This document shows positions 38,614 to 48,073 of a stretch of DNA of 50,021 nucleotides, piece by piece. A program made the position numbers and the translations under genes. The stretch covers positions 1-50,021 of the forward strand of contig CANQFG010000005.1 in NCBI GenBank assembly GCA_947598395.1, written 5' to 3'. The DNA is from an uncultured Bacilli bacterium. Its GTDB lineage: Bacteria; Bacillota_I; Bacilli_A; RF39; UBA660. Under the pieces are notes generated by a model. It worked only from the letters and a program-made list of their open reading frames with translations, did not search any database and was not told the DNA's origin. Numbering within the stretch: the first letter of the stretch is position 1; every line of letters starts with the position of its first letter.

Positions 38614-40389
38614 TTATTTAGATGGAGCAAGTGCGATGCGGAAGCCATCGCCTACACGGGCTGCGCCAGTAAACGTATCGAAATAGAACTGTCCAGCTAC
38701 AACTCCGCTAAAGCAATAGCCGCTTCGATAGAACCAAGGGGACGACGCGCCAGCGAAAAATGAATTGTCGGAATACCAACGATTGTGCCCTCTTTTTATT
38801 TTATCTCCATCTTCATAACTATCGAAAGGACCCATTTCTCCTGTTGCGTCTCCCAAGATCATGTTCTTATATGTTGTCGCACTAGAACCTTTAACATATA
38901 CATCAACATATCTTGGATCTAATTTTTTCAATTCTTCAGCTTGAAATTCACTTTGATCATTTGAAGCTTCTGCTACATAAGCCGCCATACTCTCCAATGC
39001 TCCACCAGACATATCATAAACACCGGTAATATTTCCCGTCGTACTAGCTGTTACTCCATTTCCCGTATTCCATCCTGTATTAAAAGTTCCATCATCACCT
39101 ACTTCACCAGGATTTTTACTTTGATCTGTAGTGGGTAAAGCTGCATAACCTGTTTTGCGTTGATCATTGTTGTTAATCGTTACTTCTTTATTTGTTCCAA
39201 ATATTGAATGAGATAGATAAGTTACTGCTCCCCATTCCGTATTTTTTAACATATGGGAGTTTAATGTGCCTTCATATCCTTTTGCGGCATTAAACATATT
39301 CTTTACCGTTAGCTTTCTCCAAGAGTAAGAATTTGGTTTTATAATTATTTTATTGGAATCATTACTATCTACCTCAGCACTTGTTTTATCAGTTGCGTCC
39401 TTATATCCAACTTCAAATTTGCCTATCCAGAAGCCATTACCACCAAAAGCTAAAAATGCTGGATGCGTCATGTATTCTCCATCATTACAATCGCCTAAAG
39501 TTCCACTGGTTTCTGGAGTTATGCATTCTTTATCATTAATATCTTCCGTATTTTTAGTATCAAATATTATCTCTATACTATGTTTTCCAACTTCTGTATT
39601 ATCCGTCTCAACATTCCATAATTTATATTTGTACTTTGGTATCCATACAAAATAACTTTCAATTGATGTATCTTGTATAACTTCACCGACATTTGGTAAA
39701 TTTGCTCCATCATTTAAAATGACCGCATTCGCCCATTCTCTCTTACAATAGTCATACCAATTAGTATCCGTTTTTTCTACACGCGTTGCATTACCTTCTT
39801 CATCTAGTACTACCGGTATTAATTTATCTTCATCTCCTAAACTTGGTATTCCTATATCCCGACAACTATTTTCAGCTAATATTGGATCTTTTAGTTCTTC
39901 ACTTCCTACAGGATTTACTGTTAATTCACAAGTAAATTCTATATCAATTGGTTCTACTGTTACTTTCTTTAATTGAACACTTACAGTTCCCGTTTCTCTC
40001 GTCTGAGCTTTTATAGTTTTATTTGTCATATCATTATTTATAGTTACATAATCGTTAACCACTACTGAATTAGATTCATTGGGTGTACATTCTATTTCCA
40101 CTGTTGCATCATATTGAGTACTATTATTTGTTACTTCATATTCCAAGACACTTATATCACCTACTTTACTTAAATCTTTTGTTGAATATTTTATTGATTT
40201 TCTAGTATCAGGATCTATTACTTCATAACTTTTATCAACTTCATCTACTACGGCTTTACTAAAATATATTTGATAATCTTCTTCATTAAAATTTATATTT
40301 ACTCTTCCCGTGATTGTTAGTACTGTAGCTACTGATGCAAATCCAATAGTTAGAAATAATATAGTTAATAATACCCATCTCTTTTTCAT
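38614..40389 (-). CDS. exported CLec/FGE-sulfatase-like protein (paralogue D; candidate DGR target)
   Basis: Same domain motifs as A/C with a more diverged N-terminal half; ends PWFYRSG...GFRIALAPSK. Confidence 0.8.
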   Translation of the reverse strand: MKKRWVLLTILFLTIGFASVATVLTITGRVNINFNEEDYQIYFSKAVVDEVDKSYEVIDPDTRKSIKYSTKDLSKVGDISVLEYEVTNNSTQYDATVEIECTPNESNSVVVNDYVTINNDMTNKTIKAQTRETGTVSVQLKKVTVEPIDIEFTCELTVNPVGSEELKDPILAENSCRDIGIPSLGDEDKLIPVVLDEEGNATRVEKTDTNWYDYCKREWANAVILNDGANLPNVGEVIQDTSIESYFVWIPKYKYKLWNVETDNTEVGKHSIEIIFDTKNTEDINDKECITPETSGTLGDCNDGEYMTHPAFLAFGGNGFWIGKFEVGYKDATDKTSAEVDSNDSNKIIIKPNSYSWRKLTVKNMFNAAKGYEGTLNSHMLKNTEWGAVTYLSHSIFGTNKEVTINNNDQRKTGYAALPTTDQSKNPGEVGDDGTFNTGWNTGNGVTASTTGNITGVYDMSGGALESMAAYVAEASNDQSEFQAEELKKLDPRYVDVYVKGSSATTYKNMILGDATGEMGPFDSYEDGDKIKRGHNRWYSDNSFFAGASSPWFYRSGYCFSGVVAGQFYFDTFTGAARVGDGFRIALAPSK

Positions 40390-40448
40390 GTCAATCTCTG
40401 CTCCTATTTTTCATTTTCTCTATTGTATTGCACCCCCCCCCAATTGCA
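40387..40448 (-). repeat. conserved promoter/leader element, copy 4 (G9)
   Basis: Same as copy 1 except two substitutions and one extra G. Confidence 0.95.
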
Positions 40449-40461
40449 GCTTTTTAGGCAT

Positions 40462-40490
40462 AAAAAAAGGCACCATCTATGTGGTGCTTT
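40462..40490 (-). terminator. terminator of the 40495-42084 gene, abutting element copy 4
   Basis: AAAGCACCA-CATAGA-TGGTGCCTTTTTTT on the minus strand. Confidence 0.75.
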
Positions 40491-40494
40491 CCCC

Positions 40495-42084
40495 TTAATT
40501 CATTTTTGAAATACTATATTTTAAGATAGCTTCTTTGGTATCTTCCGAATAACTTAATTCCGTATCTTTGATATTTAAACTATCGAACATCGAATTATCA
40601 TATTCATGGAATGGGAACCAAAATGAGAACCATGTACTGCGATTATCTTCAGGATGATCGGCATATTGATCGATAAAGTTATCTAAGAAATCACCATACA
40701 TAACTGGGTCAATCGTTCGATCTCCCAATCCCAATCTAAAGATATAATTCATCTCTTGGAATAGAGCAATATCATTTAAATTTGGATCGACTTGGATATT
40801 TTTAAATAACTCTTCATAATTGATATTGCCATTGCTAAAATATGAAGCAATAAAGCGCATATCTAATCCCGATTCCTTTAAAGTATTATACATATGAGCA
40901 GCCATGACATAATTATCGATCTTACTATAATCGGTAATTTGTTCATCATTCATTCTCGTCAAAGTATAAAGATACATTAAGAAACGGCAATCTATTTCGT
41001 CATAATTGAGATTATCTTGATATTTATCGATCAATAACTTAATGCGTTTAATATATTCCATATCCGTACAATCATAAAGTAATTCTGGAGCTACCCCATT
41101 ACTCTCATAACGATCATAATATTTGGCATATGTTCCATATTGTTTATCATTGGTATTGACCGTAACCATCGAATCAAAACTATTATTAAATATCTCAAAA
41201 TCGCCATAGAACATTTGACTACCTAAGATATAATTATCGATAGTATCCGGTTCGACATCTTGATAATAATTCATGATAATAGGTTTTAATCGATGATAAG
41301 TTTGAGCTTTACTGAGATCTTGTCTCAATAGACCTTCCAATGTCTCTTGTAAATCTTGTTTATCATTCTTCGATAGATCATATTCCTTAGCTAAGATATC
41401 GATAAGTTTATCATTACTAGCAAGATATTTGCCAAAGATATTTATTCTTTTCGGCAAAGTTATGAGTCCCATTACTTCACTTTCCGTACTCTTAGTATCT
41501 TTAACAGTATCATATAATTGATAACCTAAATATGTTGCTAATTCATCATCACCACATAAAAGATAACCTAAGACCCGTGGATAATCGACTTCTTGAACAT
41601 TAGTAAAATCATAATTCTTAAGACGATTACTCAAAGCTATCGAATAATCAATATTAGCATCAGCTAAATAACTATTGGCAATTTTTTCAATATAAGGAAG
41701 TAATTCTTTCTTCGTATTTTTATCAATCGTCATATTATTATTTAAACTTGTCACTAAATAATCTTTAGTAGCTGACATTTCAAATTGGCTATCGTTACTA
41801 GCTTCGATAATATCTTTATAATTTTGATCTTCGATTGGAAGTTCTTCAGATTTTGTCATCTTTGATATGCCATAAAGAGCTAAAGTACCTAAAGCTATAC
41901 AACCTAAGAATACTCTATGACCGACAACTTTATGAGTATGTTTTTGAAATTTATCATAAATCATAATCTCATGTTTATCAGTTACTCTTTCAAAACTATA
42001 TTCATCGATTTTTCGATAATAAATTTTATCTTTAGTATCATAAAATATATTATCTATTCCTTTTATTACTTTAAATCTATTCAT
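40495..42084 (-). CDS. hypothetical acidic protein with one N-proximal TM
   Basis: 529 aa, Asp/Tyr-rich; VFLGCIALGTLALYGI TM. Confidence 0.8.
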   Translation of the reverse strand: MNRFKVIKGIDNIFYDTKDKIYYRKIDEYSFERVTDKHEIMIYDKFQKHTHKVVGHRVFLGCIALGTLALYGISKMTKSEELPIEDQNYKDIIEASNDSQFEMSATKDYLVTSLNNNMTIDKNTKKELLPYIEKIANSYLADANIDYSIALSNRLKNYDFTNVQEVDYPRVLGYLLCGDDELATYLGYQLYDTVKDTKSTESEVMGLITLPKRINIFGKYLASNDKLIDILAKEYDLSKNDKQDLQETLEGLLRQDLSKAQTYHRLKPIIMNYYQDVEPDTIDNYILGSQMFYGDFEIFNNSFDSMVTVNTNDKQYGTYAKYYDRYESNGVAPELLYDCTDMEYIKRIKLLIDKYQDNLNYDEIDCRFLMYLYTLTRMNDEQITDYSKIDNYVMAAHMYNTLKESGLDMRFIASYFSNGNINYEELFKNIQVDPNLNDIALFQEMNYIFRLGLGDRTIDPVMYGDFLDNFIDQYADHPEDNRSTWFSFWFPFHEYDNSMFDSLNIKDTELSYSEDTKEAILKYSISKMN

Positions 42085-42095
42085 TTTTTTATCAC

Positions 42096-43895
42096 CTATA
42101 CTTTCTCCTTTTTAGGAGTATCATTTTGTTTTAATAATGAAGGAGCTGCTTTTAAAAAGCATATTTTGGGATAATAATCCGCTTCATTATTTATTAAAAA
42201 TATCTCTTTATATTCATTTTCAATCATGATATTTAGACGAATGCCAGAACAAGGACATTTTTCGGGAATACCGGCAATATTCATAAAAGTAATGACGGGT
42301 TCGGCATCCTCATAGCCCTCTGGTACTTCATAATAGACATAAGAGTTTCCATTATAATTAATCGTATTATATTTGACTTCTTTACTGGCCATATAGACAT
42401 TATCTTTAATATCGTTATTCGTCTTCCATGTAGGAATATATTCATTATCTAAATAGATATGACTATATGGTAAATTGCTATCTTCGAAGATGCTTTCAAT
42501 TTCGCGAAATTTACCTTCCATATCATAGCAATATGGGCTTAAACTAGAAGAGATAAAGCTCGTTGCAACAATTTTTTGAGCATCATATTTAGGCATCTTT
42601 AAGATATCTTCGGAAGTATACTTTTCAGCATCACTAGTATTTAAATAATGAAAATTCGTATATGTTAATTCTTTATATAAATTGATAAAGTTTGCATAAC
42701 GCCAGCAATCTTCTTCCGTTAATTCCTTACTCTTTAACTTATATAGATAAATATCAAAGAAGCGATCATATGCTTGATTTGTCCGATTTATTAAACTGAA
42801 GGTAAAATCTAAACAGTCATCTTCATCTTTAAAGAATTCCTTTAGAGGTTGATAGATATCGTCAAAGGAAGAGGCCCAGATGAGATTATCATCGCCCATA
42901 ATTAAAGATAATAAGGCATAAAGACTTTGATTATTATCCGAAACAATATACGAATCGATATTCTCTTTAGCTATGTCCTTTAAAGATTTGGCTTTAAATA
43001 AATCCTCTTTAGGTATCGTGAGTCGATAAGAGCCATATGAACCATTGATGGTAAGATCAATAGGTTCATCAAAACTACCCAAGATATCGCGTTCATAAGT
43101 TACTAAGTCCGTATCTTGATAGTAGCTACTTTGCGTGAGAATTTGGGCCAATAACGAATTATCAAATTCATCATCAGTTAGACGTTTATTTTCGATCATA
43201 TCGTGGATGATATGTGTTATCTGCATATCATAGGACGTCAAGACATTTAAGATATCTTCAAAGAAGGTAATATTATCGACATTGTCCAATAAAATATTCA
43301 TATAAAATTCATGGATGCATTCGTTATAACGTTTAAATAAAAGGGCTAGTTCGCGAACTTGGACGACATCCGTTCCCGTATTTTCCGCTAAGACGCGAAT
43401 TAATCGTTCATCATTTTCGGAAAACATGGCGCGATAGAAGGCTTCGTCATCATGACATAAATCTTTTAAGGTTAGCAAATGCTTGCTTAAACCACCATCG
43501 CCTAAATAATATGAACTCTTTAAGTCATAAGAATATACTAAAGCTTCATTAAAGGCCCGGGCAAACCCTTCGGATGCGGCCGTCATATTCGTGATATCAT
43601 TTAAGACATCGATGGTATCTTCAGGTCGACCATGGCGGGCTAAATCGTGAAGTTTTAGCTTTTGATCGCTTGATAGATAGGCCTTAAAGTTATCGTAATA
43701 AGTCGGTAAAAAATCGGCATAATTCAAATTATTATAATCGAGACCATCATCAGTTAGAAAATCATTATTATCAAGATCTTCTTGTAAAGTATTCTCAGTA
43801 ATAAAAGAAGCACGGATATCATTTTTAAAAGCTGCCGTTAAACTGAGTAAGGCCACTAAGCCATATATCCCTATTTTTTTGTTGTTTTTCGTCAT
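42096..43895 (-). CDS. hypothetical exported acidic protein
   Basis: 599 aa with signal/anchor KKIGIYGLVALLSLTAA; Asp/Tyr-rich. Confidence 0.8.
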   Translation of the reverse strand: MTKNNKKIGIYGLVALLSLTAAFKNDIRASFITENTLQEDLDNNDFLTDDGLDYNNLNYADFLPTYYDNFKAYLSSDQKLKLHDLARHGRPEDTIDVLNDITNMTAASEGFARAFNEALVYSYDLKSSYYLGDGGLSKHLLTLKDLCHDDEAFYRAMFSENDERLIRVLAENTGTDVVQVRELALLFKRYNECIHEFYMNILLDNVDNITFFEDILNVLTSYDMQITHIIHDMIENKRLTDDEFDNSLLAQILTQSSYYQDTDLVTYERDILGSFDEPIDLTINGSYGSYRLTIPKEDLFKAKSLKDIAKENIDSYIVSDNNQSLYALLSLIMGDDNLIWASSFDDIYQPLKEFFKDEDDCLDFTFSLINRTNQAYDRFFDIYLYKLKSKELTEEDCWRYANFINLYKELTYTNFHYLNTSDAEKYTSEDILKMPKYDAQKIVATSFISSSLSPYCYDMEGKFREIESIFEDSNLPYSHIYLDNEYIPTWKTNNDIKDNVYMASKEVKYNTINYNGNSYVYYEVPEGYEDAEPVITFMNIAGIPEKCPCSGIRLNIMIENEYKEIFLINNEADYYPKICFLKAAPSLLKQNDTPKKEKV

Positions 43896-43952
43896 AGGAA
43901 TCCCCTCTCGAGATATAGATTTTACCGCATTTTTATAAATAAATCAAGTTTT

Positions 43953-46139
43953 CTAAATTCGCAAAGGGTTGATATCGATTTCAATATTGATATTTTTGTT
44001 TAATATATATTCATTATCCAATTCTTTTAAGACTTCTTTGAGCTTGATCTCGTGACGATATTTGATGATTATTTGAAAGCGATAGATATTATTTATCTTG
44101 AATACTGAAGCGGGAGTTGGTCCTAAAGTGATCGTTTCGGGGCTCAACTTGCGACGCAAAAAAGTGGCAACCTTAGTAGCTTCTTGGGATAAAAGAGCAT
44201 AGTCTTTGCCCGTTATCTTAATGCTAGTTAAATAATAGTATGGAGGATATTTTAAGAGCTTGCGGATATTCATCTCATATTGATAATTGGCAAGATAATT
44301 ATTTTCTTGGACATATTGCAAGGTCTTATTGTCGGGGTTGAAGGTTTGGATGATGACTTCGCCGGGGATCGTCCCTCGACCAGCGCGGCCACTTACTTGG
44401 CTTAAGAGGCTAAAGGTATTTTCGCCACTGCGAAAGTCGGGAATATTTAAGGATTCGTCGGCATTGATGATTCCAACGAGGGAAACGCGTGGAAAATCGA
44501 GGCCCTTGGAGATCATTTGGGTACCGATGATGATGTCGTATTCCAAGTTTTCGATGCCGCGAATAATTTCTTCGTGACTGCCCTTTTTACTCGTCGTATC
44601 GGCATCCATGCGAACGATGCGATATGAGGGAAATAATTCCCGAATTTGTCTTTCGACCTTTTCGGTTCCCAAGCCAAAGTCTTGAATTGCCTTTTCATGG
44701 CACTCGGGACATAATTCGGGGCGAATTACGGTATAGCCACAATAATGGCAGCGAAGATTGTTGTTCGTCTTATGATAAGTTAGAGTGATATCACAATGTG
44801 GACATTTAAAGGTATAGCCACAACTTTGACACGTAATGATGGTCGAATAACCCCGACGATTGAGGAGGAGCATGATCTGTTCGTGATTATCGAGACGTTC
44901 CATGATCTTTTCCTTTAATAAATCGGATAAGATCAAGTTTCGCTTCTTATATTCGGCAGCCATATCGACGATATTTATGGTTGGCAAAGTCGCTTGGCCA
45001 ATGCGCTTCTTTAGGGAAACATAGGTATAGACCCCTTTTAAGGCGCGGGCCATACTCTCTAAAGAGGGCGTAGCCGAACCCAAGACGACGGGACAATGAT
45101 GATATTTACTGCGCCAAATAGCCATATCCAAGGCGTGATAGCGCGGATTATTTTCCTGCTTATAATTGGCCGAATGTTCTTCGTCGATGATGATCAAGCC
45201 AAGATTTTTAACGGGGGTAAAGATGGCCGAACGGGTTCCGACGACGATATGGACTTCGCCATTCATGATCTTTTTATATTCATCGTACTTTTCCCCTTCC
45301 GATAGATTGGAATGAAAGACGGCAACTTCGGAGGCAAAGCGATCGTAAAAGCGCCGGACAATTTGGGTCGTAAGAGAAATTTCGGGAACGAGCATGATGA
45401 CGGTCTTATCTTGGCGGATGATATCGCTGACTAAATGCATATAGACTTCGGTCTTCCCCGATCCCGTGACGCCATGTAAAAGATACGTATTAGCTTGATT
45501 GAAGCCCGCCTTTATCGTCTCATAAGCACCATTTTGATCTTCCGTTAAAGTATATATTTGATGATTTAGACTGTGCGGTTTAATGCGATAGTCTTCCTCT
45601 TGTTCTTCGCGGACTAATTCTAAGGTCAATAATTTATTCAAACTCGAACCGGCAATTTTCCCTTTTAAGATTCGACCAGTCTTCAATTTTAAAAGAATTT
45701 CATTTTGCTTTAAGGCCCGCTTATTATGGTCTATATAATCGGCGATGACATCATCTGGTTTATTGAGAGCAATATACGTCTTCGTCAGACGATAATCCTT
45801 CGAATTTTTGACTTTTAAAGAAGTGGGAAGCATCGTCTGATAGGCCGTTATCAAACTGCATAGCGTTTGATCCTTTAAATATTTTCCCAATTTGATCAGT
45901 TCATCGTTCAATTTTAATTCCCGCGTTACGATGCCGATGATGTCTTTGGTATCATTCACCTCAGTCGTAGGCGTTATATTCAAGACAAAACCATTAATTT
46001 TTTGCTTGCCAAAAGGAACATAGACCTTCATTCCGACGGCAATTTGCTCCTCTAAAGATTGCGGAATATGATATGTAAATGTGCGATCTAAAGTTTTTAC
46101 GCCATAGGCAATTAAGACATCAGCATACATTTTTTTCAC
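43953..46139 (-). CDS. priA: primosomal protein N' (PriA helicase)
   Basis: LHGVTGSGKTEVY, LVPEISLT, DEEH, GSATPSLES, LLNRRGY, four CxxC pairs, GTQMISKGLDFP and QVSGRAGR. Confidence 0.97.
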   Translation of the reverse strand: MKKMYADVLIAYGVKTLDRTFTYHIPQSLEEQIAVGMKVYVPFGKQKINGFVLNITPTTEVNDTKDIIGIVTRELKLNDELIKLGKYLKDQTLCSLITAYQTMLPTSLKVKNSKDYRLTKTYIALNKPDDVIADYIDHNKRALKQNEILLKLKTGRILKGKIAGSSLNKLLTLELVREEQEEDYRIKPHSLNHQIYTLTEDQNGAYETIKAGFNQANTYLLHGVTGSGKTEVYMHLVSDIIRQDKTVIMLVPEISLTTQIVRRFYDRFASEVAVFHSNLSEGEKYDEYKKIMNGEVHIVVGTRSAIFTPVKNLGLIIIDEEHSANYKQENNPRYHALDMAIWRSKYHHCPVVLGSATPSLESMARALKGVYTYVSLKKRIGQATLPTINIVDMAAEYKKRNLILSDLLKEKIMERLDNHEQIMLLLNRRGYSTIITCQSCGYTFKCPHCDITLTYHKTNNNLRCHYCGYTVIRPELCPECHEKAIQDFGLGTEKVERQIRELFPSYRIVRMDADTTSKKGSHEEIIRGIENLEYDIIIGTQMISKGLDFPRVSLVGIINADESLNIPDFRSGENTFSLLSQVSGRAGRGTIPGEVIIQTFNPDNKTLQYVQENNYLANYQYEMNIRKLLKYPPYYYLTSIKITGKDYALLSQEATKVATFLRRKLSPETITLGPTPASVFKINNIYRFQIIIKYRHEIKLKEVLKELDNEYILNKNINIEIDINPLRI

Positions 46140-46155
46140 CGCTTTTTATTATAGC

Positions 46156-46183
46156 AAAAAAGATAGGCTTCCGTCTATCTTTT
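46156..46183 (-). terminator. intrinsic terminator
   Basis: AAAAGATAGAC-GGAA-GCCTATCTTTTTT on the minus strand (imperfect stem, T run). Confidence 0.7.
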
Positions 46184-47990
46184 AATTAAGGGGATTAGTA
46201 CTCATATCCGGCGTCACTGGAGTCTCGATCGCTTGATTAGGATCGACTTCCGGACTTGGCAAAAGCGTATCCAATTGTTGAGCTAGTGCCATACCTAATT
46301 CGCCAAAATTAGCTAAGTTATTTCTAATCGTTTGCACATCTTCTAAGGTTAGATAAGCAACATTTACGCTTTCGCGAACATTGACCTTTTCGACTTTAGG
46401 ATTGATATCCTTCTTTTGCGTTAATTCGAGGTTAATATTATAGGCAACATCAGAAATATAGATAACGGCATCGATCTTATAATTCTTATCGATCGTCTCT
46501 TTGGTTCTTTTAGATGTCGAGACGTACGATAAATCCAAGACATTCTTCGTATCTTCCTTCGCTTCTAATTTATAGCCGTTAGTTATCGGATATAACACGA
46601 TACTGCGTTTCGTTTCCTCAGCATAGAGCTTTAAACCGAGAAATTTTTCGCCCATAAGTTTGGTAATTATTTCAAAAGTTACATCGTTATTTTCATCGGG
46701 AATTTCTAATTCATCTAAATATTTTTGAAGAGATTCCTTTAAGGCATCGGCCGTACTATCGCTTATCTTGGCAAATTCTTCCAATCCGCGCTTATTGTTC
46801 ATAAGGGAGTTAATGATAGCCGTAATAATGCGCCGCTTGTTAGCTTGATCAAATCTGATGCGAACGACATTGGCTTTCTCCTTAGTCGAACCGATATTGA
46901 CGTCTTCAATCGTTTGGGTAAAGGCACTGGCTTTGAGTCCGGACTTTAACGCCATTTTAAACATATTAATGATAAGTTGATAATCGATATCATTTTGCTC
47001 GACACCGGCAAATAAGTCATCATATCCTTCGATATCGGTATAGATATATTTCGAGAAGAAATTTTGAAGTAAGACATAGGCTTTCGCATCGTACAAGTAT
47101 AATTCGACATTTAATGGTTGGGGTAAAAGTTCTTGATTGACGCTTAAACTATTGACATTGGCCGTATAATCGATCATCTTACTAGGTAAATCGACCGCAT
47201 ATTTGCCATCTAACTTCAAGGAATATTGTTCTTCATTGGCCCCAACATTTAAAGTGATATCATAAGAGCCACTGCTCTTTTCGATGGCATCATTCTTTAG
47301 GGAACTCGTGAATGATAAGATGTTATTGACGACGGCATCGATGCGCTTTTCACCACTTTTGAATTCATAAAAATAGGCATAGACTCCACCGCCAACTATG
47401 ATGGCGAGCAAGAGGATGATGACTAAGATGATGATGAGTTTCTTAGGACTTTTCTTTTCCTTGACCGGAGCTTCCGTGGCAATCTTCATGCCGACATTGG
47501 TAAGTTCCCCTTGGTTCGATAAGACGACGGGTTCATTCTCATTCGGGTTTGTACTGGCCGTCGGTCCAACTTCGGCCGTCGTCGGTGCCGCGGTTGCACT
47601 TATCGGTACTTGCATCGCATCGGCACTGGGAAGTGGATTTGAAACATTGGCCGCTGGTTCAGTTGGCGCTGGGGTAACTGGCGCTACAGGACTTGCTGGT
47701 TGGGCCCCACTATTTAAATTGGTTGCTCCAACATTTTCTCCGACGGGAGCCTTAGGTTCCTCTTCCGGCAAAGGATTTAAAGACATCCCTTGATCTTGTG
47801 GTAAAACCGGAGCCGTCGGCGTTTGGGGAACGACCGTTTGATTGGTGCTTTCATTCGTCGCATTCGAAGCATTCGCATTTTCGACATTATAAACTGGCGT
47901 ATTAGTACTCTTAGGTTCAACAGGCGCATTGCAATATGGACAAACCGTTGAAGCATCAGGTATTAAATTGCCACATGATATACATTTCAT
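46182..47990 (-). CDS. zinc-ribbon, Pro/Thr-rich linker, TM and large extracellular domain protein
   Basis: MKCISCG...VCPYC; low-complexity P/A/T/N linker; LIIILVIILLLAIIVGG TM. Confidence 0.8.
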   Translation of the reverse strand: MKCISCGNLIPDASTVCPYCNAPVEPKSTNTPVYNVENANASNATNESTNQTVVPQTPTAPVLPQDQGMSLNPLPEEEPKAPVGENVGATNLNSGAQPASPVAPVTPAPTEPAANVSNPLPSADAMQVPISATAAPTTAEVGPTASTNPNENEPVVLSNQGELTNVGMKIATEAPVKEKKSPKKLIIILVIILLLAIIVGGGVYAYFYEFKSGEKRIDAVVNNILSFTSSLKNDAIEKSSGSYDITLNVGANEEQYSLKLDGKYAVDLPSKMIDYTANVNSLSVNQELLPQPLNVELYLYDAKAYVLLQNFFSKYIYTDIEGYDDLFAGVEQNDIDYQLIINMFKMALKSGLKASAFTQTIEDVNIGSTKEKANVVRIRFDQANKRRIITAIINSLMNNKRGLEEFAKISDSTADALKESLQKYLDELEIPDENNDVTFEIITKLMGEKFLGLKLYAEETKRSIVLYPITNGYKLEAKEDTKNVLDLSYVSTSKRTKETIDKNYKIDAVIYISDVAYNINLELTQKKDINPKVEKVNVRESVNVAYLTLEDVQTIRNNLANFGELGMALAQQLDTLLPSPEVDPNQAIETPVTPDMSTNPLN

Positions 47991-48073
47991 ATAAATCCCT
48001 CTTTACTTCTTTATATTCTAACTATTTAAATAATAAACTATTTTAAAGCATTTTTCAATAATTTTTAACTATA

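Noticed and set aside
11874-40448. Invertible-promoter or shufflon model for the four elements
   Set aside because: All four copies are in direct orientation, each gene has its own copy, and no recombinase is visible, so inversion is not supported within this window.
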